This document shows positions 59,937 to 64,000 of a stretch of 64,000 bases of DNA, in pieces. The notes beneath the pieces are model-generated. The model worked only from the letters and a program-made list of their open reading frames with translations. It was not told where the DNA came from and ran no database searches. The first letter of the stretch is position 1, and each line of letters begins with the position of its first letter. The translations under genes were made by a program, and so were the position numbers. Location of the stretch: NCBI GenBank assembly GCA_963826225.1, contig CAWGWF010000006.1, positions 28,243 to 92,242 on the forward strand, in the 5' to 3' direction. Origin of the DNA: an uncultured Chloroflexia bacterium. Its GTDB lineage: Bacteria > Chloroflexota > Limnocylindria > Limnocylindrales > CSP1-4.

Positions 59937-62458
59937 GCCCCGGCCCCGAGCATGCGCGCGTTCTCCGGGTCGAACACGCCGGTCGGGCCGGCCGCGAGCA
60001 CGGTCACCGGGTAGAGCTCGCCGATGTACTCCACGGCAAGCCGGTTGCCGACGACGGCCTCCTCGATCGGCAGGTACGCCATCAGGAGGTGCTTGCCGAC
60101 CGACGGGCCGGAGGCTGCCGTGGTCACGAACGACCGGCGGCCGCTGCGGTCCGCGAGGACCGTGCCGTCGGGCCTGCAGATCGGCTCCCTGCCCAGCATG
60201 TAGCGCCTCTCGCCGGAGGCCGAGGTGTGGTCGTCCACGCCGAGGGTGCACAGCAGGTTGGCCGGCGCCGCGGCACGCTGCGCGAGGTACGCCGCCTTGC
60301 CGATGAAGTCCGCCTCCTTGACCCTGGGCCGCGCGAGGCCCGCCTCGACCAGGTTGCGGTCGAGCTCGAGCTCCGCGCCCATCAGGCGGTAGGACTTCTC
60401 CACGCGCAGGGTCCCGCCGTAGGCGGCGAGGCCCACCGGCGCGATGCCGAACGGCTTGCCGGCCTCCATCAGGACATCCCACAGATGCGCGCCCTGCTCG
60501 AAGGGGACGTGGAGCTCCCAGCCCAGCTCGCCCGCGTAGCTGATGCGGACCGCCAGGACCCGGACGGACTCGATGTCGATCCAGGCACAGCTCGCGTACG
60601 GGACCCCGGCGTCGGAGACGTCGTCGTCGGTGACCGAGGCCACCACGTCGCGGGCGCGCGGGCCCCAGACGGCCAGCATCGACCACGAGGTCGTGACGTC
60701 GGCGAAGTTGACGGATCCGTCCGCCGGCAGGTGGTCGGTCATCCACTTCCTGTCGGAGCTGCCGGCGAAGCCCGCGTCAACCACCCGGAAGAGCCGCTCA
60801 CCGAGGCGCAGGACGGTGACGTCGGCCTTGATGCCGCCGGCCTCGTTGAGCATCTGGGTGTAGACGACCTTGCCCACCGGCACGTCGACCTGGCCGACCA
60901 TCATGTGCCCGAGCCACGCGACGGCGCCCGGACCGGAGATGTCCCACTCGGCGAAGGCGGGGTTCTCGATGAGGCCCACCCGCTCGCGGAGCGCCAGGTG
61001 CTCGGCATTGACGATGGGGCTCCACCAGCGGCGGTCCCATTCGTGGGTGCGGTCCATGACCCGGTCGCCGAACTCGGCCAGCAGCGGCCGGTTCGACTCG
61101 TACCAGTTCGGCCGCTCCCAGCCGGAGATCTCCACGAACTCGCCGCCGAGGGCGACATGCCGGTCGTGGGCGGCGCCGAGGCGCACGTTGCGGTCGGTGG
61201 CCCACTGCTCGAAGGGGTGGACGATCCCGTAGAACTTGGGGAACAGCTCGCCCACCCGGTTCTCGACGTGGAACCGGGTCTTCTGGGTGTCGTAGAAGCG
61301 CGCGATGTTGACCGATGCCGGGTCCATCTCCGGCTTCCCGTCGGTCATCCACTCCGCGAGCATGCGACAGATGGACGGCGCCTCCTTGATCCAGATGGCG
61401 GAGCAGCACCACAGGCCCTTGACCTCGGGGGTCTCGCCCACGAGCGACATGCCGTCCGGGACGAACGACATCAGGCCATTGATCGCGTGCTTGATGCCGA
61501 CGGCCTCGTTGCCCACGATGGAGGGATAGAGCTCCAGCACCGTCTCCACGTACGGGTCGAAGTGCTCCGGCGTGAAGGGCAGCTCCGTGGGCGAGAGCCT
61601 CGCCTCCGCGTTGGACGGGATGTCGCGCGGCTGGACGATGAGCACCTCGTGCGCGTACGAGCCGATCTCGAGATCGGCGCCACTCTGGCGCGCGTACATC
61701 TTGGCGTCCATGTCGCGCACGACCGGGTAGGCGAGCGGGTTGTCGAGTGCCTCGAACTCCGGCACCGGGCCGATGTCCACCATCTGGTGGACAGCGGGCA
61801 CGAGCGGGATCGTGGCCCCCGCCATCGCAGCCACCTGGCGGCTCCAGACGCCGCCGCAGACGACCACGACCTCCGCCGCGATGTCGCCGCGCGTGGTCCG
61901 CACGCCGGTGATCCGCCCGTTCTCGACGTCGAGGCCGGTCACCTCCGTGCTGGCGAAGCTCTGGAGCGCTCCGAGCCCCGCCGCCTTGTCGCGGTACAGC
62001 GTGCCGGAATGGAGCGGGTCCACGACGCCCACCGCCGGCGTGTGGAAGCCGCCCAGGATCCTGGACGTGTCCATGTACGGCACGAGCTCGCCGACCTGCG
62101 CGGGGGTCAGGAGCTCGGAGTCGATGCCCCAGCTGTGGGCCAGCGCGAGGCGGCGGCCCAGCTCGTGCGCTCGCTCGGGGGTCCGGGCGATCTCGATGCC
62201 GCCGGTGCGTGTGAAGGTGCCCTGGTCCTCGAACTCGTGGATGCTCTCGATGGACCAGGTGGACGTCTGGCGCGAGTGGTCCACGGCAAACGTGAACGAC
62301 GAGGCGTGGCCGGTGGAGCCGCCGGGGTTGGGCAGCGGCCCCTTGTCCACCAGGACGATGTCCCGCCAGCCAAGGCGCGCCAGGTGCCAGGCGAGGCCGT
62401 TGCCGACGATGCCGGCCCCGATGATGACCACGCGGGCATGCGAGGGCAACGCGCTCAT
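59933..62458 (-). CDS. Dimethylglycine oxidase-like FAD + GcvT flavoprotein #5 (paralog of #1)
   Basis: IIGAGIVG, KGPLPNPGGSTGHAS, GGIKADVT, SYAGELGWEL, DDHTSASGERRYMLG. Confidence 0.92.
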   Translation of the reverse strand: MSALPSHARVVIIGAGIVGNGLAWHLARLGWRDIVLVDKGPLPNPGGSTGHASSFTFAVDHSRQTSTWSIESIHEFEDQGTFTRTGGIEIARTPERAHELGRRLALAHSWGIDSELLTPAQVGELVPYMDTSRILGGFHTPAVGVVDPLHSGTLYRDKAAGLGALQSFASTEVTGLDVENGRITGVRTTRGDIAAEVVVVCGGVWSRQVAAMAGATIPLVPAVHQMVDIGPVPEFEALDNPLAYPVVRDMDAKMYARQSGADLEIGSYAHEVLIVQPRDIPSNAEARLSPTELPFTPEHFDPYVETVLELYPSIVGNEAVGIKHAINGLMSFVPDGMSLVGETPEVKGLWCCSAIWIKEAPSICRMLAEWMTDGKPEMDPASVNIARFYDTQKTRFHVENRVGELFPKFYGIVHPFEQWATDRNVRLGAAHDRHVALGGEFVEISGWERPNWYESNRPLLAEFGDRVMDRTHEWDRRWWSPIVNAEHLALRERVGLIENPAFAEWDISGPGAVAWLGHMMVGQVDVPVGKVVYTQMLNEAGGIKADVTVLRLGERLFRVVDAGFAGSSDRKWMTDHLPADGSVNFADVTTSWSMLAVWGPRARDVVASVTDDDVSDAGVPYASCAWIDIESVRVLAVRISYAGELGWELHVPFEQGAHLWDVLMEAGKPFGIAPVGLAAYGGTLRVEKSYRLMGAELELDRNLVEAGLARPRVKEADFIGKAAYLAQRAAAPANLLCTLGVDDHTSASGERRYMLGREPICRPDGTVLADRSGRRSFVTTAASGPSVGKHLLMAYLPIEEAVVGNRLAVEYIGELYPVTVLAAGPTGVFDPENARMLGAGA

Positions 62459-62696
62459 GTGCTCTCCTCGTTCGTGGGACGCAGGTTCACATCCACGTCG
62501 AGCAGCGAGCTGCTCCGCGCTGGTGGGCGATCGCCCCGGCAATCTCCCTGGTGCATGGCTGTCGACCCCTAGATTGCGCGATCCGCCGGTTCGATGCATC
62601 CGGTTGCCGGTGCCGGCCTGCGGCGTCGTGCGACGGAGCCGATGATCGCGTAGCCATCGCCGACCGCTGCCACCCCGACGCCCGCGGCTCCGGCCC

Positions 62697-63170
62697 CTAC
62701 GCAGGATCCCCGGCTGCCTCCCGCTCGGTCAGCCCGGCAAGGTGCTCGTCGTCGTGGTCCGCGGCGATGCCCAGCAGCGCCGCCACGTCCAGCCGGCCGT
62801 ACACCGCGTGGGCGCCGGTCCGGGCCCAGCCCGCCTCGTCGAGGGCCGCCACGCGGGCCAGCGTCGCTTCGCGAGCCGCGGCGAACAGCCCCAGCGCCCC
62901 CTCCAGCGTGGCGGCCGCGGGATCCGTCACGGGCGCGGGCTCCCACCACGACCAGGTGGGCTCGGCCGGATCTGCCGCGAGCTGCTCGAGGCGCGCCTGC
63001 CACACGGCACCCTCCACGGCGACGAGGTGCGCCACGACCTCCCGGGCCGACCACTCGCCCGGCGGCGGGCCGTCGATCGCCTCGGACGAGGCGGCGTGCC
63101 CGGCGACGACCGCCAGGCGCGCCGGGAACCCGGCCAACCTCGCCACCACCTCCGCCCGCACGGCGTCCAT
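62697..63170 (-). CDS. DinB/YfiT-family protein
   Basis: PGEWSAREVVAHL...ADHDDEH (His triad). Confidence 0.8.
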   Translation of the reverse strand: MDAVRAEVVARLAGFPARLAVVAGHAASSEAIDGPPPGEWSAREVVAHLVAVEGAVWQARLEQLAADPAEPTWSWWEPAPVTDPAAATLEGALGLFAAAREATLARVAALDEAGWARTGAHAVYGRLDVAALLGIAADHDDEHLAGLTEREAAGDPA

Positions 63171-63172
63171 CG

Positions 63173-64000
63173 CTAGACGTCCGAGTCCGGCTCGGACGCC
63201 TTGCGCATGGCGACGAACTCCCGCAACGCCTCGTCGACGCCGGGGTCCAGCGGCGGCTGCTCGTACTCGGCGAGCATCCGCTTCCAGATCGCGTTGGCGC
63301 GCTGGGCGGCATCGAGCGAACCGCCCTCGAGCCACTGCTCGAAGCTGTTGTTGTCGGCGATCTCGGACCGGTAGAAGGCCGTCTCGAAGTTGGCCAGCGT
63401 GTGGGCGGTTCCCAGGAAGTGCTGGCCGGGGCCGTTCTCCCGGATGGCATCCAGCGCCTGGCCGTTCTCGGACAGGTCCATGCCCTCCACGAACACGCCC
63501 ATCATCCCGCACTGGTCGGCATCGAGGATGAGCTTCTCGTAGCCCATCGCCAGGCCGCCCTCCAGCCAGCCCGCGGCGTGGAGCACGAAGTTGACGCCCG
63601 CGAGAACCGTCGGCTGGAGCGTGGCCGCGGACTCGTACGCCGCCTGGGCGTCGGGGACCTTGGACGCGCACAGCGACCCGCCGGACCGGAACGGAACCCC
63701 CAGCCGGCGGGCGAGGGCGGCCATGGCGTACAGGATGAGCGCGGGCTCCGGGGTGCCGAAGGTGGGGGCGCCGGACTGCATCGAGATCGAGCTCGCGAAC
63801 GAGCCGAACACCATCGGGGCGCCGGGCCGGACGAGCTGGACGAAGGCCATCCCCGCCAGGGCCTCGGCCAGGGTCTGGGCACAGGCACCGGCCGCGGTCA
63901 CGGGCGCCATCGCCCCGGCCAGGATGAACGGCGTGATGAGCGTCGCCTGGTTGGCCAGGGCGTAGTTGCGGGCCGCGCCGACCATGCTGGCATCCCATAC
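63173..64000 (-). CDS. MttB-family methyltransferase, non-pyrrolysine #3; 5' end outside the window
   Basis: TPFILAGAMAPVT, SMQSGAPTFGTPE, SGGSLCASKVPDAQAAYES, HAAGWLEGGL, GQHFLG. Confidence 0.9.
   Translation of the reverse strand, partial: VWDASMVGAARNYALANQATLITPFILAGAMAPVTAAGACAQTLAEALAGMAFVQLVRPGAPMVFGSFASSISMQSGAPTFGTPEPALILYAMAALARRLGVPFRSGGSLCASKVPDAQAAYESAATLQPTVLAGVNFVLHAAGWLEGGLAMGYEKLILDADQCGMMGVFVEGMDLSENGQALDAIRENGPGQHFLGTAHTLANFETAFYRSEIADNNSFEQWLEGGSLDAAQRANAIWKRMLAEYEQPPLDPGVDEALREFVAMRKASEPDSDV

Noticed and set aside
36174-64000. Pyrrolysine recoding in the MttB homologs
   Set aside because: No in-frame TAG in the visible parts; ordinary residues at the aligned position; no pyl genes

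Overview
High-GC bacterial DNA. The gene style (DUF5679 zinc-ribbon protein, GAAC-N4-GTTC SOS box) tentatively suggests Chloroflexota; this is inference, not a database result. Single-base frameshifts in otherwise intact genes suggest an error-prone long-read assembly. There are three blocks. (1) <1-9.8 kb is the right part of an integrative element at tRNA-Arg(CCG). It carries a defence cassette (hsdM-hsdS-Abi_C, then an AlbA_2 protein), an SOS box, HTH and RHH regulators, a Prim-Pol/DUF3987 replicase, an iteron-like inverted 9-mer array, and a large serine recombinase whose frame ends inside the antisense tRNA. (2) 9.9-28.8 kb is core-like: GT4/GH130 cluster, cold-shock protein, a candidate unannotated ~170-nt structured ncRNA with repeated UAG motifs, tandem cyclophilins, a divergent HisA paralog, DUF885, threonine aldolase, tRNA-Asp, CapA, an Mca/MshB-like deacetylase, TlpA-CcdA, YbaK and a CoA transferase. 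(3) 29.9->64 kb is a catabolic supercluster, probably for methylated amines/betaines. It has five dimethylglycine dehydrogenase/GcvT-type flavoproteins, three non-pyrrolysine MttB-family methyltransferases, ETF, a Liv-type ABC transporter and three regulators. One sub-operon's flavoprotein has a degenerate folate-binding domain. All protein calls are from motif recognition by eye.
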